Shown here: piece after piece, positions 1 through 8,486 of the stretch
Layout of the letters: every line of letters starts with the position of its first letter
Numbering within the stretch: the first letter of the stretch is position 1
Sequence record: PQ850594.1
Length of the DNA stretch: 64,000 bases
DNA from: Escherichia phage AnnaHegner_Bas87
Reading direction: 5' to 3' (one strand)
The notes under the pieces: generated by a model
Database searches by the model: none
What the model saw: the letters and a program-made list of their open reading frames with translations, nothing else
What the model was told of the DNA's origin: nothing
Made by a program: the position numbers and the translations under genes

Positions 1-1542
1 ATGTCGTTAGATAAAGAAATTTATGAAGCTCTAACTGGAGACAAGTTGAGTATAGAGGAAAAGAAAGCTTTGCTCAATATGTTAAAAGAAAGGGACCAGT
101 GGAGAAAATATAACAAGATGTTGGCTTTTAAAGCTTACGACTTTCAGAAGAAATTCTATGCAGCAGGGTTGAAGCATCGCTTTCGATTCCTGTGCGCAGC
201 TAACCGTGTTGGTAAATCTTACAGCGAGGCATACGAGTTTGCTTGTCATGTCACAGGTCGCTATCCAACTTGGTGGACAGGTTACAGGTTTAATCGACCC
301 ATATTGGCTTGGGCAGTAGGGATTACAGGGGACTCTACAAGAAAGGTATTGCAAAAGGAGTTGTTTGGAACACCTATCGGAAAGGATATGAATCTAATAG
401 GAACAGGTGTTATTCCTCGTGATGCTATCGTATTGGACACGATAGAACGAGATGGGAACAAATTACAGATTGTACAAATTAAGCATCAAAACGCGAGAGG
501 CGAGTTTGACGGTTTAAGTACATTAGAGTTCCGTTCTACCCAACAGGGTGAACATACATTGATGGGTGCTACAGTTGATTATATTTGGCTGGACGAAGAA
601 GATCCATATGAATCTATGGCAATCTTCTCTCAGTGTGTAACACGTACGCTTACAACTAAAGGTTTAGTTACTATTACAGCTACACCAGAGAACGGTTTAA
701 CAGAGCTGGTGGATAAGTTTATGAAAGGTGAAGGAGATGAGAACACAGGTTCTCTGTATTTCCAGAATGCTTCTTGGTGGGATGCTCATGTAGATTTAGG
801 TGGACATATCACTGACCAAGATATTAAAGACATGACTGAAGGTATCCCAACATGGCAGTTAGAGATGCGTTCAAAAGGTATGCCGTTGCTTGGTTCTGGT
901 TTGATTTATGATGTATCAGATGACATGATTAAGTGCGATCCCTTTGAGATACCTGATACGTGGAAACGTGTTTGTGCTATTGATATTGGTATCGATCACC
1001 CGACAGCTGCTGTTTGGACAGCATATGATGCTAACACTGATACGATTTATGTTTATGACTGCTATAAAGAAGGTGGGTTTACTCCGGTGTACCATGCACC
1101 AGCTATTAATGGTCGTGGTCAGTGGATTCCAGTTATTCTTCCTCACGATGCCGATAATATTGAGAAGGGAAGTGGTTCGTCTGTTGCTCAATTCTATAAG
1201 AATGCAGGGGTTAATGTACAGAGTGAGACCTTCTACAACAAGATTGGAATGGATGGTAAGAAGAACTTCTTTGTAGAGCCGGGAATTACTGATATTCGTG
1301 AACGTATGATGTCAGGTCGTTTTAAAATCTTTAATATTGCTTCGTGTGCTAAACTCTTTGAAGAGAAAGCTCGCTATCACCGTAAGGTTGGCAAGATTGT
1401 TAAGGAACATGATGACTTGATGGATGCTATGCGATATTCAGCTTGTTCTGTAACACATCGTGGACGTAGTAAGCATGATGCTAGTTATGGTAGTTCATCG
1501 CTTTATCAAGACAATATTAACAGATGGAATCAGACCTACTAA
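1..1542 (+). CDS. terminase large subunit
   Basis: 513-aa ORF with Walker A-like AANRVGKS near N-terminus; first gene of structural block, immediately upstream of portal. Confidence 0.75.
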   Translation: MSLDKEIYEALTGDKLSIEEKKALLNMLKERDQWRKYNKMLAFKAYDFQKKFYAAGLKHRFRFLCAANRVGKSYSEAYEFACHVTGRYPTWWTGYRFNRPILAWAVGITGDSTRKVLQKELFGTPIGKDMNLIGTGVIPRDAIVLDTIERDGNKLQIVQIKHQNARGEFDGLSTLEFRSTQQGEHTLMGATVDYIWLDEEDPYESMAIFSQCVTRTLTTKGLVTITATPENGLTELVDKFMKGEGDENTGSLYFQNASWWDAHVDLGGHITDQDIKDMTEGIPTWQLEMRSKGMPLLGSGLIYDVSDDMIKCDPFEIPDTWKRVCAIDIGIDHPTAAVWTAYDANTDTIYVYDCYKEGGFTPVYHAPAINGRGQWIPVILPHDADNIEKGSGSSVAQFYKNAGVNVQSETFYNKIGMDGKKNFFVEPGITDIRERMMSGRFKIFNIASCAKLFEEKARYHRKVGKIVKEHDDLMDAMRYSACSVTHRGRSKHDASYGSSSLYQDNINRWNQTY

Positions 1543-1547
1543 AAATA

Positions 1548-1570
1548 GGGGAGGCTTTGTCCTCCCTTTA
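1548..1570 (+). terminator. stem-loop (GGGAGG/CCTCCC) followed by TTTA between terminase and portal; weak terminator or attenuator
   Basis: 6-bp GC stem at 1549-1566, short T tract. Confidence 0.3.
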
Positions 1571-1607
1571 GTAGTTCCTTCCAAGCTATCACCGAGGGAG
1601 AGATTAG

Positions 1608-3851
1608 ATGGCTAAGAAGAAATTTAGTGAAGATGTTTTGGATGAATTACGCGTTGACCTTCAACGTCGATTCAATTATGCTCAAGGCTATGTAGACTTA
1701 GCTGTAAAAGGCTATGCTCGTGAGGCTTGGGAATACTTCTATGGGAACCTTCCTGCTCCAGTTACTGCTGGTAGTTCTAGTTGGGTAGACCGTACAGTAT
1801 GGGAATCAGTGAATGGTACGCTCCAAGATATCATTAACGTGTTCTGTTCTGGTGACGAAGCGGTAACTTTCGTAGCCGATAACCAAGAAGATAGTGATGC
1901 TGCTGACGTAGCCACTAAACTTGTCAACCAAATTCTGTTACGTGATAATCCGGGATACAATATTATCTCTTCAGCGGCACAAGAGTGTCTGGTTACACGT
2001 AACTCTTTTATTAAATATTATTGGGATGAACAAACTTCTACCCAAACAGAAGAAGCAGAGGGTGTTCCTCCGGAAGCTTTGGCTGCATATGTCCAAGGTT
2101 TAGAAGCTGGTGGGCTTCAAGATTTAGAAATCTTTACCACTGACAACGAAGATGGTACAGTGGATGTTAAAGTAACTTACAAACAAACAGTAAAACGCGT
2201 TAAAGTAGAATATGTTCCTTCAGAACAGATTTTTGTTGACGAACATGCTACCTCTTTTGCAGATGCTCAGTATTTCTGTCATCGCACACGTAAATCTAAA
2301 GAAGATCTGGTTGCTATGGGCTTCCCTAAAGATGAAATTGAAGCTTTTAATGACTGGACTGATACAATGGACACTACTCAATCTACTGTTGCATGGTCAC
2401 GTACTGACTGGAGACAGGATACAGATGCTGATATTGGTGTTGACACTGAAGATATCGCAAGTATGGTATGGGTTTACGAGCATTACATTCGTACTGGTAC
2501 GCTCGATAAGAACAAAGAGTCAAAACTCTACCAAGTTATTCAAGCAGGCGAGCATATTCTCTCTTGTGAAGAAGTAACTAGCATTCCTTTTGTAACATTC
2601 TGCCCTTATCCTATTCCGGGTTCATTCTATGGACAGTCGGTTTATGATATTACTAAAGATATTCAGGATTTGCGTACCGCTTTGGTTCGTGGTTATATCG
2701 ATAACGTAAACAATGCTAACTATGGTCGATATAAGGCGCTTGTAGGCGCGTATGACCGTCGTTCTTTGCTAGACAACCGTCCGGGCGGTGTAGTAGAAAT
2801 GGAGCGTCAGGATGCGATTGATCTCTTCCCATACCATAATCTACCTCAAGGTATCGATGGCTTGCTGGGAATGTCTGATGAGTTGAAAGAAACTCGTACT
2901 GGTGTTACTAAACTCGGTATGGGTATTAACCCTGATGTGTTTAAGAATGATAACGCATATGCAACTGTTGGATTGATGATGAATGCTGCTCAGAACCGTC
3001 TCCGTATGGTCTGTCGTAACATTGCTCACAACGGTATGGTTGAATTGATGCGTGGTATTTATAATTTAGTCCGAGAAAATGGTGAGGTTCCTTTACAAGT
3101 ACAAACCCCTCGTGGTATGGTTCAGGTTCATCCTAAACAACTGCCTGCTCGTCACAATCTACAAGTTGTTGTAGCTATCTCTCCTAGCGAGAAATCAGAA
3201 CGTGCCCAGAAACTAATCAGCCTGAAGCAATTGATTGCTGCTGATGCTCAGTTAGCACCTCTGTTTACTCTGGAGCAAGATCGTTACATGACTGCACAGA
3301 TCTTCGAGTTGATGGGAATTAAAGATACTCACAAATACTTAATGCCTCTGGAACAATATCAACCGCCAGAACCTTCTCCGATGGAAATCCTCCAGCTTGA
3401 GATGACTAAAGCACAGGTTGAGAACGTACAGGCTTCTTCTCAGAAGATGATTGCTGATGCATTCGACCAGCGTGAACGCACTACGTTTGAACAGCAGAAA
3501 GCTGCGGACGAGTTCAGCTTACGTCAAGAAGAACTGCAATTTAAGCAAGAGAATGCTGCTGATCAGATGACTTTGGAGAATCGTAAAGAAGACAACAGTG
3601 CTACACTTGAACAGGCTAAGCACAAGTTGGCTCTGCTCCAGCAACAGGTCCGTCAGTATGAATCTGTACTTAAAGAATTGCAGATGACTCTTAATCATCA
3701 GGTCGATGTTGAGAAAGTTGCAAATCAGGCTAAAATTCAAGATAAGACTTTGGAACTCCAAAAGAAAGAAGCAAATGAAACTAAGAAAGAACAGCAAAGT
3801 TCAATCAAAGATTCACGGATTCCTAACCGTCGTCTTGGTAGTAGAAAATAA
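1608..3851 (+). CDS. portal protein (probable)
   Basis: 747-aa ORF directly after terminase with strong RBS (GAGGGAGAG); coiled-coil C-terminal region; position and size typical of portal. Confidence 0.6.
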   Translation: MAKKKFSEDVLDELRVDLQRRFNYAQGYVDLAVKGYAREAWEYFYGNLPAPVTAGSSSWVDRTVWESVNGTLQDIINVFCSGDEAVTFVADNQEDSDAADVATKLVNQILLRDNPGYNIISSAAQECLVTRNSFIKYYWDEQTSTQTEEAEGVPPEALAAYVQGLEAGGLQDLEIFTTDNEDGTVDVKVTYKQTVKRVKVEYVPSEQIFVDEHATSFADAQYFCHRTRKSKEDLVAMGFPKDEIEAFNDWTDTMDTTQSTVAWSRTDWRQDTDADIGVDTEDIASMVWVYEHYIRTGTLDKNKESKLYQVIQAGEHILSCEEVTSIPFVTFCPYPIPGSFYGQSVYDITKDIQDLRTALVRGYIDNVNNANYGRYKALVGAYDRRSLLDNRPGGVVEMERQDAIDLFPYHNLPQGIDGLLGMSDELKETRTGVTKLGMGINPDVFKNDNAYATVGLMMNAAQNRLRMVCRNIAHNGMVELMRGIYNLVRENGEVPLQVQTPRGMVQVHPKQLPARHNLQVVVAISPSEKSERAQKLISLKQLIAADAQLAPLFTLEQDRYMTAQIFELMGIKDTHKYLMPLEQYQPPEPSPMEILQLEMTKAQVENVQASSQKMIADAFDQRERTTFEQQKAADEFSLRQEELQFKQENAADQMTLENRKEDNSATLEQAKHKLALLQQQVRQYESVLKELQMTLNHQVDVEKVANQAKIQDKTLELQKKEANETKKEQQSSIKDSRIPNRRLGSRK

Positions 3852-3860
3852 GGATACTGA

Positions 3861-4097
3861 ATGAATACAAGACAGCAATTCAATAAAGAGCACGCCGCCG
3901 CTTTGGCGGCTCTCAATCACAACGGCATTCTTGACGCAGCATTAGAGGCATTAAAAGAAACCCTCATGAGAGATATTGTATTAACCGAGGCTCATGAGAA
4001 TAAGAAACGCGAAGAGTGTTATCAAAAGTATAAAATGGTTGGTAGCTTAAAAGAGGTCATAAAAGCTGCTATCAATAATGCAGGAGATATTTCCTAA
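3861..4097 (+). CDS. hypothetical small protein
   Basis: 78-aa ORF with RBS, abuts next gene (ATG overlaps stop). Confidence 0.4.
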   Translation: MNTRQQFNKEHAAALAALNHNGILDAALEALKETLMRDIVLTEAHENKKREECYQKYKMVGSLKEVIKAAINNAGDIS

Positions 4098-5179
4098 TGG
4101 CAAATGATTATATTGACCCGAACGATTTTAAATCTTTCCTCCAACTAGACGACTTAAAAGGCTCCTTTAAAGAAGAGCTTAGTCAATTAGAATCAGAACG
4201 TGAACCAGAAGTGAACATTGATGATGAATTCCCAGAACAGTCTGAGACTTTTGATCTTGATGCTTCCGACCTTCTCGGTGATGACGATACGTTAGCGTTC
4301 GAAGATGAAGATGGTTGGGAAGATCGTGAAGAGGAAGGCGAAGAAGAAGAGGAAGAGTCTGAGTTCTCTGATGAAGACGATGAAGAAGATGATTCCGGTG
4401 AAGCAGATCACGATGAAGCTGCTAACAGTGATGAAGATGGCGAAGAAGGTGAAGTCTTTGACGTAGATTATGAAACTGTTATCACCCTTCCTGATGGTCG
4501 TGAGATGACTATTGAAGAGTTGTCTAATGGCTATTTGACTGGTGCAGAAATGTCCGAACGTGAGACTACTTTGCAGCGTCATGTTGAAGCTTTTGAAGAA
4601 CGTGTTTCTGGCTTGGGTGATGTATTAGAACTAGCTGCCCTAGAAGCAGACCGAGTAATTGAAGATTACAACGGTTTTGATTGGGACAAACTCGCACAAG
4701 AAGATCCTCAAGCTTATGTAGAAAATAAACGTTTCTTAGAAAAATATACAGCTCGTCGCCAACAGCTTGAACAAGCTCAGCTTAAAATCAAGCAAGAAGC
4801 ACTAGCAAAAGAACAACAGCTCTTCCAAGCTAAATGTACTGAGTGTGTAAGCGTACTTAAACGTGAGATTCCTAATTGGGATGACAACTTGTATCAGAAC
4901 CTGATGCAGTATGCAATCGACTTAGGTGCTACAGAAGAAGAAGTGCTGAAAGAGAACCGTCCGTCAATCTTCCTAGCTCTACACAAAGCATACCAGTTTG
5001 ATAAAGGTAAGCAGCAGGTGATGGCTAAGATTAAACGTCCCGGCTCTCCACGCAAGGTTGTGAAGTCCGATGCTTCTAAGTCTCGTTCTTCCAATACGCC
5101 AGACAACGCTAAGGTTGCCAAGGCATTCTCAGAGGGTCGTATTCGTCACGAAGACGCATTTAAGTATCTCGTAGATTAA
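4097..5179 (+). CDS. scaffolding protein (probable)
   Basis: 360-aa highly acidic (E/D runs), helical/coiled-coil protein between portal and major capsid. Confidence 0.55.
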   Translation: MANDYIDPNDFKSFLQLDDLKGSFKEELSQLESEREPEVNIDDEFPEQSETFDLDASDLLGDDDTLAFEDEDGWEDREEEGEEEEEESEFSDEDDEEDDSGEADHDEAANSDEDGEEGEVFDVDYETVITLPDGREMTIEELSNGYLTGAEMSERETTLQRHVEAFEERVSGLGDVLELAALEADRVIEDYNGFDWDKLAQEDPQAYVENKRFLEKYTARRQQLEQAQLKIKQEALAKEQQLFQAKCTECVSVLKREIPNWDDNLYQNLMQYAIDLGATEEEVLKENRPSIFLALHKAYQFDKGKQQVMAKIKRPGSPRKVVKSDASKSRSSNTPDNAKVAKAFSEGRIRHEDAFKYLVD

Positions 5180-5219
5180 TCGACAAATTTATTTTTAATA
5201 GTATAGGAGCTAATATAAC

Positions 5220-6275
5220 ATGGCAAATCCAACTTTATTTGTATCTTACGACCAGAATGGTAAAAAACTTTCTTTTGCTAACTGGATTTCTGTCCTGTCT
5301 CCGCAAGACACTCCGTTTGTGTCTATGACTGGTAAAGAGTCTATCAATCAGACTATTTTCAGCTGGCAGACCGATGCTCTGGCGAGCGTAGATGCTAACA
5401 ACGCCCACGTCGAAGGCTCTCGTGCTGAAGATGGCGAAATGAAACCGACTGTAATCAAGTCCAACGTTACCCAAATTCTGCGTAAAGTTGTTCGTGTTTC
5501 TGATACTGCTAACACCACCGCTAACTACGGTCGTGGTCGTGAACTGATGTATCAGCTGGAGAAGAAAGGTAAAGAGATTAAACGTGACCTCGAGAAAATC
5601 TTGCTGTCCGGTCAGGCTCGTACCGATATTCTGGCAGACCAGTATCTGACCAACTCTGCAACTGATCCTGCTGTTGTAGGTCAGAATGATACCTCAGCTG
5701 CTCGTAAGACTGGTGCTTTCCAGTTCCTGTGTGCACACAATGGTGTTACTGGTGGTGTTGTTAAGAAAGAAGATGGTCCTGCTGACCCGGATACTGGTGC
5801 AGTAACTGTTAAAGTTGCACAGAATGCTTCTAACCCGACTACGAACATCGGTTTTGATGAAGCTGATATCTTTGATATGACTCTGCAACTGTATACCGCC
5901 GGTTCTGAAGCAGACATCATCATGATTAACCCTGCTCACGCTAGCATCTTTGCTAAGCTTCAGGAAAACTCTGTTGGTTCTCGTCAGCGTATCTTTGAGA
6001 ACACCAAACAGTTCATCTATGAAGTTAACAGCATCACTGACCCGCTGGGTCAGAGCTATAAAATCATCGTTAACCGTTGGATGCCTGCTGATGCAGTTTA
6101 CTTCTTCCGCAGCTCTGACTGGACTCAGATGGTTCTTCGTGCTCCGAAACGTACTGAACTGGCGAAAGATGGTTCTTACGAGAAATGGATGATCGAAATG
6201 GAAGTTGGTCTGCGTCACCGCAACCCATATGCTTCTGGTGTACTGTTCACCGCTGCGGGAAAGGTGGAGGCGTAA
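5220..6275 (+). CDS. major capsid protein (0-frame product)
   Basis: 351-aa ORF after scaffold with strong RBS; followed in -1 frame by an Ig-like extension. Confidence 0.7.
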   Translation: MANPTLFVSYDQNGKKLSFANWISVLSPQDTPFVSMTGKESINQTIFSWQTDALASVDANNAHVEGSRAEDGEMKPTVIKSNVTQILRKVVRVSDTANTTANYGRGRELMYQLEKKGKEIKRDLEKILLSGQARTDILADQYLTNSATDPAVVGQNDTSAARKTGAFQFLCAHNGVTGGVVKKEDGPADPDTGAVTVKVAQNASNPTTNIGFDEADIFDMTLQLYTAGSEADIIMINPAHASIFAKLQENSVGSRQRIFENTKQFIYEVNSITDPLGQSYKIIVNRWMPADAVYFFRSSDWTQMVLRAPKRTELAKDGSYEKWMIEMEVGLRHRNPYASGVLFTAAGKVEA

Positions 6276-6296
6276 CAGTTGACAGCGTAACTGTTA
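6257..6296 (+). promoter_or_regulatory. -1 programmed ribosomal frameshift signal: slippery heptamer G_GGA_AAG plus 9-nt spacer plus 8-bp stem-loop
   Basis: GGGAAAG at 6257-6263 in capsid 0-frame 10 nt before its TAA; perfect hairpin TAACAGTT (6273-6280) / AACTGTTA (6289-6296); -1 frame stays open to 7630. Confidence 0.6.
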
Positions 6297-7630
6297 GTCC
6301 CGCGTCAGTGGCTATTCTGCTGACCGGGGCTACCCAACAGTTTACAGCTGAAGCAGAACTAAGCGATGGCTCCACATCTACTACAGGCTTCGATTGGTCA
6401 GTAGCCGGTGGTGGGGCCATTTCTGTTTCTGGACTGTTCACTGCTCCGGGTTCGCCTCAAACCGCTGATATTGCAGTGACTGCTACTCTTAAAGGTGTAT
6501 CAGGTACTGCCGTTATCTCGGAAATTAAAGCTCCAATCCCTGACCCAGCTTCCATTGCCGTGACTGGTGGTGGTCTGACTGGTGACACTCTTACCTTAAC
6601 TGTTCCAGATGCTACCAACCTGACTGCTTCTGTATCTCCTGCTGGTGCACCTCAAGGCGTTACTTGGGAAATTGCAGATCAGACTAAGGCTACGGTAACA
6701 ACTGCTGGTCGTGTAACTGCTGTTGAAGCGGGCACTACTACTCTTACAGTTAAATCTTCTACTAAACCTTCTGTCACTAAAGTAATTAACCTTGTTGTTA
6801 ACCCCCAGCCTCCGACTATCGTAGCTAAAGCTGCTATTACTGGAAAATCTGGTGGAGATACCGTTGCTTTTACAGACATGTTTACCGTCCAACGCTCGGC
6901 TGCTAGTGATTATACTTTTGTAGTTACTCCAACTGCTGCTGGTACCGTGAATGCGTCCGGTCAGCTCTCTTTAGCTAGTACCGCTAGTGGTAACGTAACT
7001 GTTAAAGCTACTCACAAGACAGAAACATCTGTTACTGCAACTGCTAATATTAATGGTGTAACCCCTCTCCCAACGATTGAAGCGAAAGCTCCTATCACTG
7101 GTAAAGTAGGTGGTTCTACCACTGCATTCACCACCATGTTTACAGCAACCAATTCAGCTGCGTCTGACTACAATTTCGTAGTAACTCCAACTGAAGCAGG
7201 TACTGTAAGTGCTGCTGGTCTTCTGACCTTAGCTGACAGTGCTAGTGGAGATGTTACAGTAAAAGCTACTCATAAAACCCAGACTTCAGTAACTGCAACT
7301 TCTACCATAGAAGACGTAATACCTAAACTTACTGGTTTAGTTGTTTCAGCAGTGTCTGATGGGTCAGTAGCTGGTGATACTTTGACAATCTCAGACCCAA
7401 GCCAACCGGGAGTTTTTAACATAGCTTCTGTTCCTCAAGGTGCTCCACTAGGAACTATCGTATATGATGTAGAAGGCACAGATGCAGACAAATTGAGTAT
7501 TACCATTTCTGGTGATGCTTTAACAATTACGCTCTCTGGTGCTATCGCTAGTGAAGATACTAAAGTAACCCTGAGAACTGACCCAGGTTCTACAGTGTTC
7601 AAAACCTACACCGTTAAATCTGGTGCTTAA
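6257..7630 (+). CDS. -1 frame C-terminal extension of major capsid protein with Ig-like (Big_2-type) domains
   Basis: open -1 frame from slippery site; Big_2-like sequence (VTVSPASVAILLTGATQQF...) and internal repeats; no independent RBS at the in-frame Met 6185. Confidence 0.55.
   Translation, partial: GKGGGVTVDSVTVSPASVAILLTGATQQFTAEAELSDGSTSTTGFDWSVAGGGAISVSGLFTAPGSPQTADIAVTATLKGVSGTAVISEIKAPIPDPASIAVTGGGLTGDTLTLTVPDATNLTASVSPAGAPQGVTWEIADQTKATVTTAGRVTAVEAGTTTLTVKSSTKPSVTKVINLVVNPQPPTIVAKAAITGKSGGDTVAFTDMFTVQRSAASDYTFVVTPTAAGTVNASGQLSLASTASGNVTVKATHKTETSVTATANINGVTPLPTIEAKAPITGKVGGSTTAFTTMFTATNSAASDYNFVVTPTEAGTVSAAGLLTLADSASGDVTVKATHKTQTSVTATSTIEDVIPKLTGLVVSAVSDGSVAGDTLTISDPSQPGVFNIASVPQGAPLGTIVYDVEGTDADKLSITISGDALTITLSGAIASEDTKVTLRTDPGSTVFKTYTVKSGA
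6812..7327 (+). repeat. tandem duplication, 2 x 258 bp (86-aa units) within capsid Ig-like extension
   Basis: units starting PTIVAKAAITGKSGGDTVAFTDMFT... and PTIEAKAPITGKVGGSTTAFTTMFT... are clearly homologous. Confidence 0.6.
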
Positions 7631-7635
7631 AACTA

Positions 7636-7665
7636 AGGCTGCCTTCGGGTGGCCTTTTCTCATTT
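7636..7665 (+). terminator. rho-independent terminator after capsid gene
   Basis: hairpin AGGCTGCC-TTCG-GGTGGCCT followed by TTTCTCATTTT. Confidence 0.45.
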
Positions 7666-7688
7666 TAAGACCCTTATAAGGAGATATG

Positions 7689-7697
7689 TAATGTATT
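7689..7697 (+). promoter_or_regulatory. phage promoter-like motif TAATGTATT
   Basis: variant of TAATGTATA motif, ~35 nt upstream of ATG 7731. Confidence 0.35.
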
Positions 7698-7730
7698 CTC
7701 TTTGTCTATACACAACTAGGAGGACAAGTT

Positions 7731-8477
7731 ATGGCAATGCCTGACGTTCAATATCCCATCAATACCTACGGATGGCTCAAGAAAGCTGTGTCCCTCTGGG
7801 CTGACAGGGATGATGATGAATTTGTTAATCAGATTCCAAACTTTATTAACTTTGCAGAGAAAGAAATCTATCGTAACTTACGAATTCCTCCTCTGGAAAA
7901 AGAAGTATATTTAGATATTAAAGATGGTGTGGCTTTTATTCCACCAGACTACTTAGAAGCTCAGTGGATGATGAGAGCAAGTAATGGACATATGTTCCGA
8001 GTAACTTCTCCAGAAGAGTTAGATTGGCTGAAAAGAAATAACTCAGTAAACCCAACTAACTGGAATCAGGGAGAAGTGAGTTTTACTAGGTTGGGAAGTC
8101 GGTTCCTGTTCTACCCAGCCATCAACGCTGATACTCCGGTCTACCCTGATGATGGAAGCCCTCTTATTCCAGCGGAGAATTCGGTAATTCTTAGCTATTA
8201 TGCAGACCCTCCGGAGTTTCATGAGGATTCTGATACAAGTGCAATTTTAACAATAGCTCCAGAGCTTCTTCTATATTTCACATTACGTCATGCAAGCTTA
8301 TTTGTCCAAGATGATAATGGGGTTCAGAAGTGGTCTGCTTTAGGGAAAGCTATTCTAGATGAGGTAGTTGAGCAGAGTAAGAAAGCTGAATACTCAGGCT
8401 CTCCTCTAGTTATTCCTAGAACTATTGACCGTCTTCACAGCTCTCGTGAGTTGTATGGAATCAAACACTACAGTTAA
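7731..8477 (+). CDS. hypothetical virion structural protein
   Basis: 248-aa ORF with AGGAGG RBS in structural block. Confidence 0.5.
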   Translation: MAMPDVQYPINTYGWLKKAVSLWADRDDDEFVNQIPNFINFAEKEIYRNLRIPPLEKEVYLDIKDGVAFIPPDYLEAQWMMRASNGHMFRVTSPEELDWLKRNNSVNPTNWNQGEVSFTRLGSRFLFYPAINADTPVYPDDGSPLIPAENSVILSYYADPPEFHEDSDTSAILTIAPELLLYFTLRHASLFVQDDNGVQKWSALGKAILDEVVEQSKKAEYSGSPLVIPRTIDRLHSSRELYGIKHYS

Positions 8478-8486
8478 GGAGAGATT

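Noticed and set aside
82-1276. Antisense and alternative-frame ORFs inside the terminase gene (82-354, 916-1191, 944-1276)
   Set aside because: Embedded in a well-supported gene, low-complexity or odd composition, no RBS; same reasoning applies to the many 60-130-aa ORFs on the opposite strand of other long genes.
6185-6262. Independent start for the Ig-domain ORF at Met 6185
   Set aside because: Lies inside the capsid gene with no RBS and would give a non-homologous N-terminus; the frameshift explanation fits better.
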